Shown here in pieces: positions 56,087-64,000 of a stretch of DNA of 64,000 bases. How positions within the stretch are numbered: position 1 is the first letter of the stretch; every line of letters starts with the position of its first letter. Both the position numbers and the translations under genes were made by a program. The stretch comes from Xenococcaceae cyanobacterium MO_188.B29 (GTDB lineage Bacteria; Cyanobacteriota; Cyanobacteriia; Cyanobacteriales; Xenococcaceae): positions 962 to 64,961 of the forward strand of contig JASJDI010000003.1 of assembly GCA_030065155.1 (NCBI GenBank), given 5' to 3'. Under the pieces are notes generated by a model. It searched no databases, was not told where the DNA came from, and saw nothing but the letters and a program-made list of their open reading frames with translations.

Positions 56087-58824
56087 GAACTATTTCACAA
56101 CGAGCGATTGGGTCATGGACAAGAGTATTTTCCGTTGCCCATCGCTCCACTCTGGCGATTTATGTTTTGCTGGCAGTTTTGACCGCCTTGATTTGTACAA
56201 CGGCTTTACCTGGGTTTGCCAGAATCACAATCGCCCAAACTACTGTTCGAGCTGCGCCAGCGCAAACTGAAGCCCAGAAGTTGGAGAAACAAGGCAGAGA
56301 GTATTATAAGACTGGGCATTTTAGTGAAGCTGCTGCAGTTTTTAAACAAGCTGCCATCCTGTATCAACGGTTAGGCAGTATAGAGCAATCCGCAGAGAGT
56401 AGGATTAACCAGGCGAGGGCACTCCAGGCTTTGGGGCTATACAACCAGGCGATCGCGGTTTTGCAGAAAGTGTTGCAAGACCCAGAGCAACCCACCCCCC
56501 TATTACAAGATTTGAATGTTGAAGTAAGGTGTTCGGAGGACAATCTTGTTCTCAATCCATTGCGGGGACGGCTAGAAGCTTTACCCGTCTCATCCAACAA
56601 TGCTGCAATTACTGCTGCTGCCCTACGAGGTTTAGGAGATGCCCTACAAGTGGCAGGAAATTTGGAGGAGTCTTGTACGATTTTGCGTTACAGTCTAGAA
56701 CTTGCCAAAACCCAGTCACTGACTGATGCTATTGCTCCGACCTACTTGAGCCTGGGTAACTTGGCTCGCACCCAGGCGATCGAAAATCTGCGATTAAATA
56801 ATTTGACCACCGAGCAGGCAATTGCCCAACTCCAGAGACAACTGAGTCCAATTCAGCAAGAATTACAGCGTCGTCAGACCGAAGCTGCTCAACAGTTTAT
56901 GAACCAAACGGGAACGGCTCTGGACTACTATCAGCAAGCTGCTAACGATTCCACAAGACTAATTCAAGCCCAAGCCCAACTCAATACCCTAAGCTTACTT
57001 CTAGACAGGCAAGAGTGGTCAGAAGCCACTAACGCTATTCCGCCACTCTATCCCCTGCTTAACAGTCTTCCTCTCAGTCGCTCGGCGATCAAAGCTAAAA
57101 TTAATCTTGCCCACAGCCTGATGCGAATGGCAGAGGGACAATTGGAACCTGCTGCTCGTTCTCCTTCATCCGATTACATGGGGCAAGCTGCCCAACTGCT
57201 AGCGATCGCTCGGCAACAGGCGAGCGATTTGGACATTGCCCAGACCGAATCCTATGCCTTGGGAAGCCTGGGAGAGCTATATGAACGCACACAACAGTGG
57301 TCGGAAGCAAAAGCCTTGACCCAGCAGGCTTTGGAGAAGGTCAACTCCGTTTCGGTCACAAACTTACCTCATACCGTCAGTGATGCCGACCTGACCTACC
57401 GTTGGTACCGTCAGTTAGGTCGAATTCTCATTGCCCAAGGTGATAGAGAGGGGGCGATCGAAGCCTACGAAACGGCAGTAAAGGTGCTGCAAGAGCGTCT
57501 GCGGTTGGATATAGCCTCTAGCAATCTGAACTACCAATTATCCTTCAATCAGAAGGCTCAAGAACCCGTACATTTAGAATTGATGGATTTGCTGTTGCAA
57601 CCAGAGGAACCAAGCCAGCAGAATTTACAGCAGGTACGTGAGATCGTTTCCGCATTACTTGAAGCAGAATTGACAAGCTTTCTGAACGAACCTTGTGCTA
57701 TTGCAACGCCCGATCAACTTGACACAATCGTTCGAGAAAAGGCACAGCGAACCGCTATTTTCTATCCCCTTATTTTACCCGATCGTTTGGAAACGATCGT
57801 TAAGTTACCTGACGATCAGGAACTTATTCACTACCGTCATTTTATTCCCAAGGATCGGCTGTTGGAAAAGCTCAACAAACTTCAACTTGCCCTTGAGGAA
57901 GACTATACCTTTGAGGCAGTAGAAAATCTTTCTCAACAATTTTACGCCTGGATTGTTCAACCAGCAGAAGAGCTACTAAAAACCAACCAGGTAGACACGC
58001 TCGTTTTCACGCTCGGTCGCCAACTCCAGACGATTCCGATGGCAGCTCTGTATGATGGTGAAACCTATCTAATCGATAAATATGCGGTCTCTGAGTTTTT
58101 GGGGTTGAGTGTAGGCGGTTCGGTCGAGCGACTACAGCAGGAAGGGTTAAAAGTAATCGCAGCAGGGCTTTCAGATCTGCCTCCCTCGCTTCCAGAAGAG
58201 AGCGAAAACAACTTTCTGCCACTTACCTATGTCAGTAGAGAATTAGACGCGATCAACACCCTTCAAGAAAATGGAATTCCTGTTACTATTCTTAAAGGCG
58301 AGCAATTTGACCTCACGAACTTCAGGACTCTAATGAATGAAGACGAGTTTCCAGTGGTTCACTTAGCAACTCATGGACAGTTCAGTGTCGATCCTCAAAA
58401 GACCTTTTTGCTGACCAGCAATGTCTTGATTAGAGTGAATGACTTGGCTGCCCTGTTTCGGACAAGAGGACAAATTCGACTAGATTCGATCGAGCTACTG
58501 GTACTTAACGCCTGCGAAACAGCTGCTGGAGATAAGTTAGCCACGCTGGGACTAGCTGGTATTACCGTGCGGGCAGGGGCAAGTAGCGCGATCGCTTCTC
58601 TCTGGACGCTGGATGATAGATCCAGTGTTACCTTCACGCGAGAGCTGTACAAAAACCTGCAAATAGCTGATGTCAGCAAAGCAGAGGCACTGCGTCAAGC
58701 TCAACTGAAACTGATGCGCGACCCCCAATATCGACATCCTCGCTATTGGTCGCCCTACATTTTAGTAGGCAACTGGTTGCCTTTAATTTCTTCTCGATCG
58801 GTTGGCTCCGCAGACTCTAGATAG
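56038..58824 (+). CDS. Signal-anchored TPR-repeat CHAT-domain (caspase-like) protease
   Basis: 928 aa. N-terminal hydrophobic helix (LAIYVLLAVLTALICTTALPGFA), TPR-like repeats, and a C-terminal CHAT with His (VVHLATHGQF) and Cys (LVLNACETA) dyad motifs, ending HPRYWSPYILVGNW. Confidence 0.85.
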   Translation: MARKRSIFFHSIFTFLRTISQRAIGSWTRVFSVAHRSTLAIYVLLAVLTALICTTALPGFARITIAQTTVRAAPAQTEAQKLEKQGREYYKTGHFSEAAAVFKQAAILYQRLGSIEQSAESRINQARALQALGLYNQAIAVLQKVLQDPEQPTPLLQDLNVEVRCSEDNLVLNPLRGRLEALPVSSNNAAITAAALRGLGDALQVAGNLEESCTILRYSLELAKTQSLTDAIAPTYLSLGNLARTQAIENLRLNNLTTEQAIAQLQRQLSPIQQELQRRQTEAAQQFMNQTGTALDYYQQAANDSTRLIQAQAQLNTLSLLLDRQEWSEATNAIPPLYPLLNSLPLSRSAIKAKINLAHSLMRMAEGQLEPAARSPSSDYMGQAAQLLAIARQQASDLDIAQTESYALGSLGELYERTQQWSEAKALTQQALEKVNSVSVTNLPHTVSDADLTYRWYRQLGRILIAQGDREGAIEAYETAVKVLQERLRLDIASSNLNYQLSFNQKAQEPVHLELMDLLLQPEEPSQQNLQQVREIVSALLEAELTSFLNEPCAIATPDQLDTIVREKAQRTAIFYPLILPDRLETIVKLPDDQELIHYRHFIPKDRLLEKLNKLQLALEEDYTFEAVENLSQQFYAWIVQPAEELLKTNQVDTLVFTLGRQLQTIPMAALYDGETYLIDKYAVSEFLGLSVGGSVERLQQEGLKVIAAGLSDLPPSLPEESENNFLPLTYVSRELDAINTLQENGIPVTILKGEQFDLTNFRTLMNEDEFPVVHLATHGQFSVDPQKTFLLTSNVLIRVNDLAALFRTRGQIRLDSIELLVLNACETAAGDKLATLGLAGITVRAGASSAIASLWTLDDRSSVTFTRELYKNLQIADVSKAEALRQAQLKLMRDPQYRHPRYWSPYILVGNWLPLISSRSVGSADSR

Positions 58825-59741
58825 AGCTGATTATCTGGAATATGAAAATAAGCTAATAAATTTCTCCAGGTACTCCGATTGATAATTGAAAACTGGCGCT
58901 GAGTTTTGACTAGCGAATTTACGGTATCAAACCAAATTCCGTTCTCGGCATAAACCATATACTGCTCAAAAAGAGGCGCATTTTTCAGGGCGGTTTGTAA
59001 TTCTTCCGTAGGTTCTATCCGTTGCACCCATCCCCGTACCACAGGATTTTTAGAAAGTTTTTCAGCATCACAAATCACAGAGAAGTACCAGCTATAAAGC
59101 TTATCTGTCTCCAAGGTATAGGGCAACAGATACTCAACCAAACGCGGATTCTCTAACAGATCGACAGACATCAGCTCATTCCAAACTGGATGCTCGGTTT
59201 CGTCTAACAGAACAAATTGGGCAACGATGCGATTTGGTGGTGTTTCAGGAGTTGAGATGTAAGGCAGATAAAACCAGAAAGTTGGCTGTGCTTCCAGGGT
59301 TAAACCTCCGACAGCTCCAACATCAGCATCTAAATCGGTCTGTTGCAGCTGTTCCTCATCTTCTGTTGTCTGGAGAGCTACTAGGGCTGTAACAGATTGA
59401 TTGAGCTCAGTTTGCCGATCTCGATCGTCTGGATCGATCTGAGTCAATGCACAAATCGGTCCCCGTCCTGCGCCTCCTACTCTTCGACCTATAGGTGCTG
59501 TACCACGCTGGGGAGGGCTGTACAATCCAGTTCGTTCGAGTAGCTGTTTGAAGACAGAAACAATATCTTGAGCGTGAGCAACTGGAATTAACCTATGGGT
59601 AAGCGTATTATTTTGAGAAACGGGAAATAAAGGAAACAAAAGAAAGCTTGTAACTATAAAAGCGAGTGTCCAGGACAGCATTTTTGCCCTAATTAATCCT
59701 TTAAGCCAAGTCATCATAAGTGTAAAAACCTTAATCATCAT
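58755..59741 (-). CDS. DUF928-family exported protein
   Basis: 328 aa. N-terminal hydrophobic signal, then the family-typical PPQRGTAPIGRRVGGAGRGPIC motif. Confidence 0.7.
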   Translation of the reverse strand: MMIKVFTLMMTWLKGLIRAKMLSWTLAFIVTSFLLFPLFPVSQNNTLTHRLIPVAHAQDIVSVFKQLLERTGLYSPPQRGTAPIGRRVGGAGRGPICALTQIDPDDRDRQTELNQSVTALVALQTTEDEEQLQQTDLDADVGAVGGLTLEAQPTFWFYLPYISTPETPPNRIVAQFVLLDETEHPVWNELMSVDLLENPRLVEYLLPYTLETDKLYSWYFSVICDAEKLSKNPVVRGWVQRIEPTEELQTALKNAPLFEQYMVYAENGIWFDTVNSLVKTQRQFSIINRSTWRNLLAYFHIPDNQLYLESAEPTDREEIKGNQLPTKM

Positions 59742-59751
59742 TTGTTTATTG

Positions 59752-61875
59752 CTATTTCACATTAGGATTTAGCTTGAGGCGTTGATTAGCCCACCAAATA
59801 TAGCTACTGGTTGCCGACTGTGCTAAAAAATGAGGCATTAGGGGTACCCAACCATTAAAGTGAAAAAACACCATGCTAATAACCACAACGGTACCACCGC
59901 TAATAACAATCAAAATTCCTAACTCCGGCAACGATGTCAACCACCATCCGACTCCACCTCCTACAAGTGCAAAAATAAAAATTAACAAGAGATCTACTCT
60001 TCTAGGTAAAACCCAGATTAAGGTATCCTTCTTTTCCGCAACATCAATAATTTGCTCGATCATCTGAGCCTGTACGATAACTCCTGGTGTGACTTCGTCA
60101 TGACCTTGGTCGTAAGGGGTTCTCCAATTATCACTAATGCCATCTGAGCGATCGATACCAATCATCACAATGGGTTTATTGAAGTCTTTAGCTGGAAAAT
60201 CTGGCTTCAAGAATTCTTCTAAGGTTACGGCTTTATATTCTTGGTCTTTTTTTTGTTCTCGATATTTCAAAAGTATCTGACATCCATTGAACAGATCGCT
60301 GGCACTACCAGAATAACCTTGGTATCCCCCTGTATTAGGTTGTAGGTTTGTCAAAACTACACCATTACTAAATTGGATTTGGCAAGTTTCTTTGGAAACC
60401 TTGTCTTCAGGGTTAATCTTTTTTTTCCTTTGCAGATAGCGTTCTGCTAATAATAAACTAAAAGACTTGGTTGATGAACACCTTGGATGAGTTTTAGGAT
60501 CGTTATAAAAAGCTAAAAGCTGACGCCGAAGAATGCCGTCCTTGTCCTGTGAAAAGTCGCTAAATCCCACCCGAGCTGGTGTCACACCAGGTGGTGGCGA
60601 GATTCCTTCAGGGTCTTTCTCGTCTCCTGCTTTACAAACAGCAAATAGATTGGGTTGCTGAAAAAGAGTACTCAAAGTTTGCTTGGCGATTCGATCTTTT
60701 TCGGTAGCTGACGCCGATCGAGCAACTGGGGTTTGTCCAGCAGAAGCCGTGGGTTGAACATTTAAAGTTTGCTCACGATAAATATCTAAGCCGATTGCAA
60801 TTGGCTCAAGCTTCTGCACCTTTTGTAGCAAATTAACAAGCGTTACATTCGAGAGTGAATAAGTCATCACCTCCCCTCGTTTTTCCTGTGCCTCAGCATC
60901 CTGCTTCGTAATCTTGATAATTAAAAAGCGATCGCTTGGCTTTGGTGGATTGAATTGGTTCCGCATCAAAGAATCATAGAAACCGAGTTCAAAGGGTTGA
61001 AAGACTTGAAAAGCCCGAATCAGGATAACCAGAGCCGTCATACCTATGCTTGCAAAGAGAACTGTACGAGGTTTACAGCGAACCAGAGGAAGAAGACTAC
61101 TCCAGTCACGATTCTTTTGATGAAATTTTGCCTGTTTATCTTTCAGGTTACTTATTTTCGCCAGGATGGTGACAGCAGAGATTGCTTCTCCCCCCGATGT
61201 ATTGTTAGAATCACGTGTAAACTTGACGATGCCACAAACTTTACAAGTTTGTTTATTTAACAAGGGTGAACTTCTTAAAAGGGGCAAATCATCTTGATTC
61301 GATCTAAATTTAATGATGGTTAGGTCATCTTCAGTCCGATCTTGGCTCACTTCTTCAACAACGTAGCTCCCCTCTTTAGAATTCCCGTCTGAATAGCCAT
61401 AAGTATAAAGTTCGTCCTTTGGCTGAACTGCTTTATTATCCAAATAAACGCAGGGATGGTTAGAATTAGCAGGAAGGTCGAACTTTAATATTGCTAAATC
61501 GACCGAGTTAAACCTATCGTATACAGCGGCTTTAGCAAAGTTTTCTTGATTTTGACAACATACAACGATGTTATAGATGTTATCGTCTGCTCCTTTTACC
61601 TCATGAGCACAGGTCAGAATCAATCCAGGAGCAATAAAAAATCCTGTAACCCATCCAGACTTACCTGGAATGCTCAGCTTGACTGTACAGGATTTCAGCA
61701 ATTCGTTCAGCTTTGCCTTGTTTTCATCTGTCGAAATCTGCTGAACAATTGTGGGCTGGTTTACAGTAACAGATGTTCCCTGGATGACATTTAATTTGTT
61801 GTCATGTCCTTGTATCTCAATATCGCCAAAGCTTTGCCACTGATTCTGCTGCCGATCCTCATGATCTTGGTTCAT
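59752..61875 (-). CDS. CHASE2 sensor protein with N-terminal cytoplasmic trypsin-fold domain and no C-terminal output domain
   Basis: 707 aa. Residues ~60-250 are trypsin-like (LILTCAHEV His, SVDLAILKF Asp, degenerate Ser motif LLRSSPLLN). TM at ~271-289. CHASE2 hallmarks (FELGFYDSLMR, FLIIKITKQD, IAIGLDIYRE, DKDGILRRQLL). Three C-terminal TM helices, then the stop. Confidence 0.8.
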   Translation of the reverse strand: MNQDHEDRQQNQWQSFGDIEIQGHDNKLNVIQGTSVTVNQPTIVQQISTDENKAKLNELLKSCTVKLSIPGKSGWVTGFFIAPGLILTCAHEVKGADDNIYNIVVCCQNQENFAKAAVYDRFNSVDLAILKFDLPANSNHPCVYLDNKAVQPKDELYTYGYSDGNSKEGSYVVEEVSQDRTEDDLTIIKFRSNQDDLPLLRSSPLLNKQTCKVCGIVKFTRDSNNTSGGEAISAVTILAKISNLKDKQAKFHQKNRDWSSLLPLVRCKPRTVLFASIGMTALVILIRAFQVFQPFELGFYDSLMRNQFNPPKPSDRFLIIKITKQDAEAQEKRGEVMTYSLSNVTLVNLLQKVQKLEPIAIGLDIYREQTLNVQPTASAGQTPVARSASATEKDRIAKQTLSTLFQQPNLFAVCKAGDEKDPEGISPPPGVTPARVGFSDFSQDKDGILRRQLLAFYNDPKTHPRCSSTKSFSLLLAERYLQRKKKINPEDKVSKETCQIQFSNGVVLTNLQPNTGGYQGYSGSASDLFNGCQILLKYREQKKDQEYKAVTLEEFLKPDFPAKDFNKPIVMIGIDRSDGISDNWRTPYDQGHDEVTPGVIVQAQMIEQIIDVAEKKDTLIWVLPRRVDLLLIFIFALVGGGVGWWLTSLPELGILIVISGGTVVVISMVFFHFNGWVPLMPHFLAQSATSSYIWWANQRLKLNPNVK

Positions 61876-61882
61876 GATTAAT

Positions 61883-62974
61883 CTACCCTACCCAAGCTTT
61901 TACTATAAGAGCCTCTACCTTTGCTACTGGTTCTGCCAAAGTCAATAATTCCTGCAATCCCTGCTTTAGAGCATCAACTACCTCATTAATAAAACTCTTG
62001 TCTGGCTTCGGTTTCTGTAACTCCTCCTCAAGCATCTCGATCTTTGATTCCGTATCCTTCTTCGTAAAGGTACTTAGCCCATCCGTTGCTGCAACCTGCT
62101 TTTTTAGCTTTGCCAATGCGTCCAATGCGGCTTCCAAGTCCGTATTTCCGCCTGTGGTTTGAGTGTTAGTTTGAGTCACGTTGACATTCCCCGTCGATTG
62201 GATCGCGTTCAATGGATTGTTACTACCGCTGAATGTAATGTTGCCAAAGGTTTGCGACTGTTTAACTGGTGGTTTTGGTTGCGGTGCAGGTACAGTCACT
62301 GGCGGATCTGAATCCGGGGGGGGTGTCTTGATATTAAAAGGATCGTCGCTTCCTCTCCTATTATCAAGAACCGGGGTTAACGATTCTGGAATGCTATGGA
62401 GATCGAGACTATTCCGAGCTAATTGATAGGCAAAATTAAAAGAATCTCCCCGCGCCAATGCTTGATAAAATACTCTGGCAAACTCGATCGCTGCTCGATC
62501 GCCGATCGCTTTATTCATTCCCACCACGCAATCAATATGTTGATGAATTGCCTTGGCTTGCATCTCGGAATAACAGGCATTCAACACCACACATTTCACA
62601 TCGTTCTCCAATAGCTTAAATAAACCAGCCAGAGCATCGGTGCTCACCAGTGTTGCTCGTCCCTGGTCATCCTCAAGCACCAATCCCTCTGGTTCAGGAG
62701 CGTCTTCTGGAAATGGACTCAGCTTTCGAGTTGTGCTATCGTCCTGAGAGCCAGTACCATGACCAGAGAAATGAACAATATGCGGTTTGTGGTCTAGTAG
62801 AGCGCGGGACAAGTCCCTCACCCGAACCGCCCATTGGCTGATAAGTTCAAAGCGATCGCGGTATTTAGCTCGTTCCAGTTCTTCCTGAATCGAACGAACC
62901 TCCTCATCCAATCGTAGTTGAGAGGTATTCACTGGATTTACTGCAAGAACCAAAATTTTTATCTTAGAGTTCAT
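61883..62974 (-). CDS. Small cytoplasmic CHAT/caspase-like protease with Pro-rich linker and helical C-terminal extension
   Basis: 363 aa. His motif HIVHFSGHG, Cys motif VVLNACYS, linker PPPDSDPPVTVPAPQPKPP, then FGNITFSGSNNPLNAIQSTGNVNVTQ and an amphipathic helical tail. Stop lies 7 nt upstream of the CHASE2 gene. Confidence 0.8.
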   Translation of the reverse strand: MNSKIKILVLAVNPVNTSQLRLDEEVRSIQEELERAKYRDRFELISQWAVRVRDLSRALLDHKPHIVHFSGHGTGSQDDSTTRKLSPFPEDAPEPEGLVLEDDQGRATLVSTDALAGLFKLLENDVKCVVLNACYSEMQAKAIHQHIDCVVGMNKAIGDRAAIEFARVFYQALARGDSFNFAYQLARNSLDLHSIPESLTPVLDNRRGSDDPFNIKTPPPDSDPPVTVPAPQPKPPVKQSQTFGNITFSGSNNPLNAIQSTGNVNVTQTNTQTTGGNTDLEAALDALAKLKKQVAATDGLSTFTKKDTESKIEMLEEELQKPKPDKSFINEVVDALKQGLQELLTLAEPVAKVEALIVKAWVG

Positions 62975-63471
62975 AAAGCACCTCTCTGTTCTCTTGTTTG
63001 GGAATAAAAATGATATCTGAATTGGGTTTTATATCCGAAAGCTTAATTGAACTCCCCAAACAAATATGAATATTCTTTTACAATAATACTTATCAAAAGG
63101 TTAGCAAAAAATACGTATTTTAAAAGGATTTTTATTGAATAAATTTGCCCACCCTACGAAGGCGCGATCGAACTTTTTGTTGATTATTGGAATTTTTATT
63201 AGAAAATAACATGGCAATCTCTTACTAGATAATTTCATTCTGTAATGTATCCCTGAATTACACCAGACAACTTTGACAAGTTAATTTCAACTTAAGACTT
63301 TTGAAAAAAATAGTGATACCTTTTGTGCAACATTCACTAGATCGCCTATACTAACCCCATCATCCAAGCGATCGCATTTGCCAGAAAATCAAGCCTCTGG
63401 AACTCCCGCCTTCCTTCTCATTATCTAAATACTTTAAGATTGAGACATACAATTTCAGGAGATTGACTTTC

Positions 63472-64000
63472 ATGACGTATATCTCCCCAAAAAACCTTAC
63501 CAAAGAAGATTTTCTCTCCCAATATTGGGATAATCCCCGCTATGAATTAGCAGATGGAGAACTAATTGACATGGAACCCACTGGTCCTCACGAAACAGTG
63601 AGTGGTAAAGTTGCAACCCACATTGGTATACATCTTGTTGCAGAACAACTTCCTTGGTTTATTCCTCGTACTTGTTTAATTTATCCCTTTGCAGATGCAG
63701 CCACAGTTCGTCGTCCTGATGTCGTAGTTCTAGATGAAACTGTTCTCGATCGCGAACCCCTTTGGGAGCGAGAACCCTTAATTACAATGGGTCGATCGAT
63801 AAAATTGGTGGTAGAGGTTGTTAGTAGCAACTGGGAAACCGATTATGCTCGCAAAGTCGAAGAGTATGCGCTTTTGGGTATTCCTGAATATTGGATTGTG
63901 GATTATCGAGGATTGGGTGGTGTGGCATTTATTGGTAAACCAAAACAACCTACTTTTACCGTCTGTCAACTAGTTGAAGATACTTATATTCAAAAACAAT
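63472..64000 (+). CDS. Uma2-family (DUF820) endonuclease, partial (runs off the window)
   Basis: Manual translation MTYISPKNLTKEDF...YELADGELIDMEPTGPHE...RRPDVVVL...LVVEVVSSNWETDYARKVEEYALLGIPEYWIVD shows the PD-(D/E)xK-like Uma2 pattern. No stop before 64000. Confidence 0.8.
   Translation, partial: MTYISPKNLTKEDFLSQYWDNPRYELADGELIDMEPTGPHETVSGKVATHIGIHLVAEQLPWFIPRTCLIYPFADAATVRRPDVVVLDETVLDREPLWEREPLITMGRSIKLVVEVVSSNWETDYARKVEEYALLGIPEYWIVDYRGLGGVAFIGKPKQPTFTVCQLVEDTYIQKQ

Noticed and set aside
54153-58737. Short ORFs on both strands inside tpsB and the TPR-CHAT gene
   Set aside because: They are embedded in long, motif-supported genes in GC-richer DNA, where stop codons are rarer. No independent evidence supports them.
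58755-59741. Considered DUF928 as a gasdermin-like pore-former that the neighbouring CHAT/trypsin proteases would cleave
   Set aside because: It has an N-terminal export signal and the DUF928 GxGxRG-type motif, whereas bacterial gasdermins are cytoplasmic. No gasdermin-like ORF is visible in the island.
59873-62841. Plus-strand ORFs opposite the CHASE2 and small CHAT genes (59873..60067, 60955..61260, 61546..61794, 62181..62841)
   Set aside because: These are shadow frames. The minus-strand genes carry clear CHASE2, trypsin-fold and CHAT motifs.
63778-63969. 63-aa ORF(-) near the window end
   Set aside because: It is antisense to the Uma2-family endonuclease frame, which has the family's conserved acidic/Lys motifs.

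Overview
Chromosomal window from a low-GC cyanobacterium rich in HIP1 (GCGATCGC, e.g. 442-449); the exact taxon cannot be determined from this sequence. Most of the window is ordinary core genome. It holds the rubA-ycf48-psbEFLJ photosystem II cluster, murA, metG, aspS, ribBA, ubiX, tRNA-Leu(CAG) and an SRP RNA. It also holds a BcsA-like glycosyltransferase, a SNF2 helicase, a PixJ-like MCP with three cyanobacteriochrome GAF domains, a tandem kinase/pseudokinase, an NhaP antiporter and several small PSII-type ORFs missing from the ORF track (psbF, psbJ, Psb34-like). Two accessory regions stand out. (1) 17.5-21.7 kb is an AT-rich, tightly packed four-gene cassette: an unknown 112-aa protein, a ZorA-like MotA/ExbB stator with a long coiled-coil tail, a ZorB-like MotB/OmpA protein, and a ZorC-like protein with candidate EH-signature elements. 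No ZorD or ZorE effector is adjacent, so this is an atypical Zorya-like candidate defence system in an organism with no flagellar motor. (2) 45-63 kb is a GC-richer but still HIP1-bearing island next to decayed IS elements (two TnpB genes, one truncated IS607-type TnpA). It carries a 3'-truncated HTH-NB-ARC STAND NTPase, a TpsA/TpsB two-partner secretion pair, a signal-anchored TPR-CHAT protease and DUF928. It also carries a CHASE2 receptor whose only output is an N-terminal trypsin-fold domain with a degenerate Ser motif, and a small cytoplasmic CHAT caspase-like protease that shares a short motif with the receptor N-terminus. I read this as a candidate uncharacterised envelope-to-cytoplasm proteolytic signalling or conflict system. 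All domain calls come from reading motifs in the translations; no database search was run.
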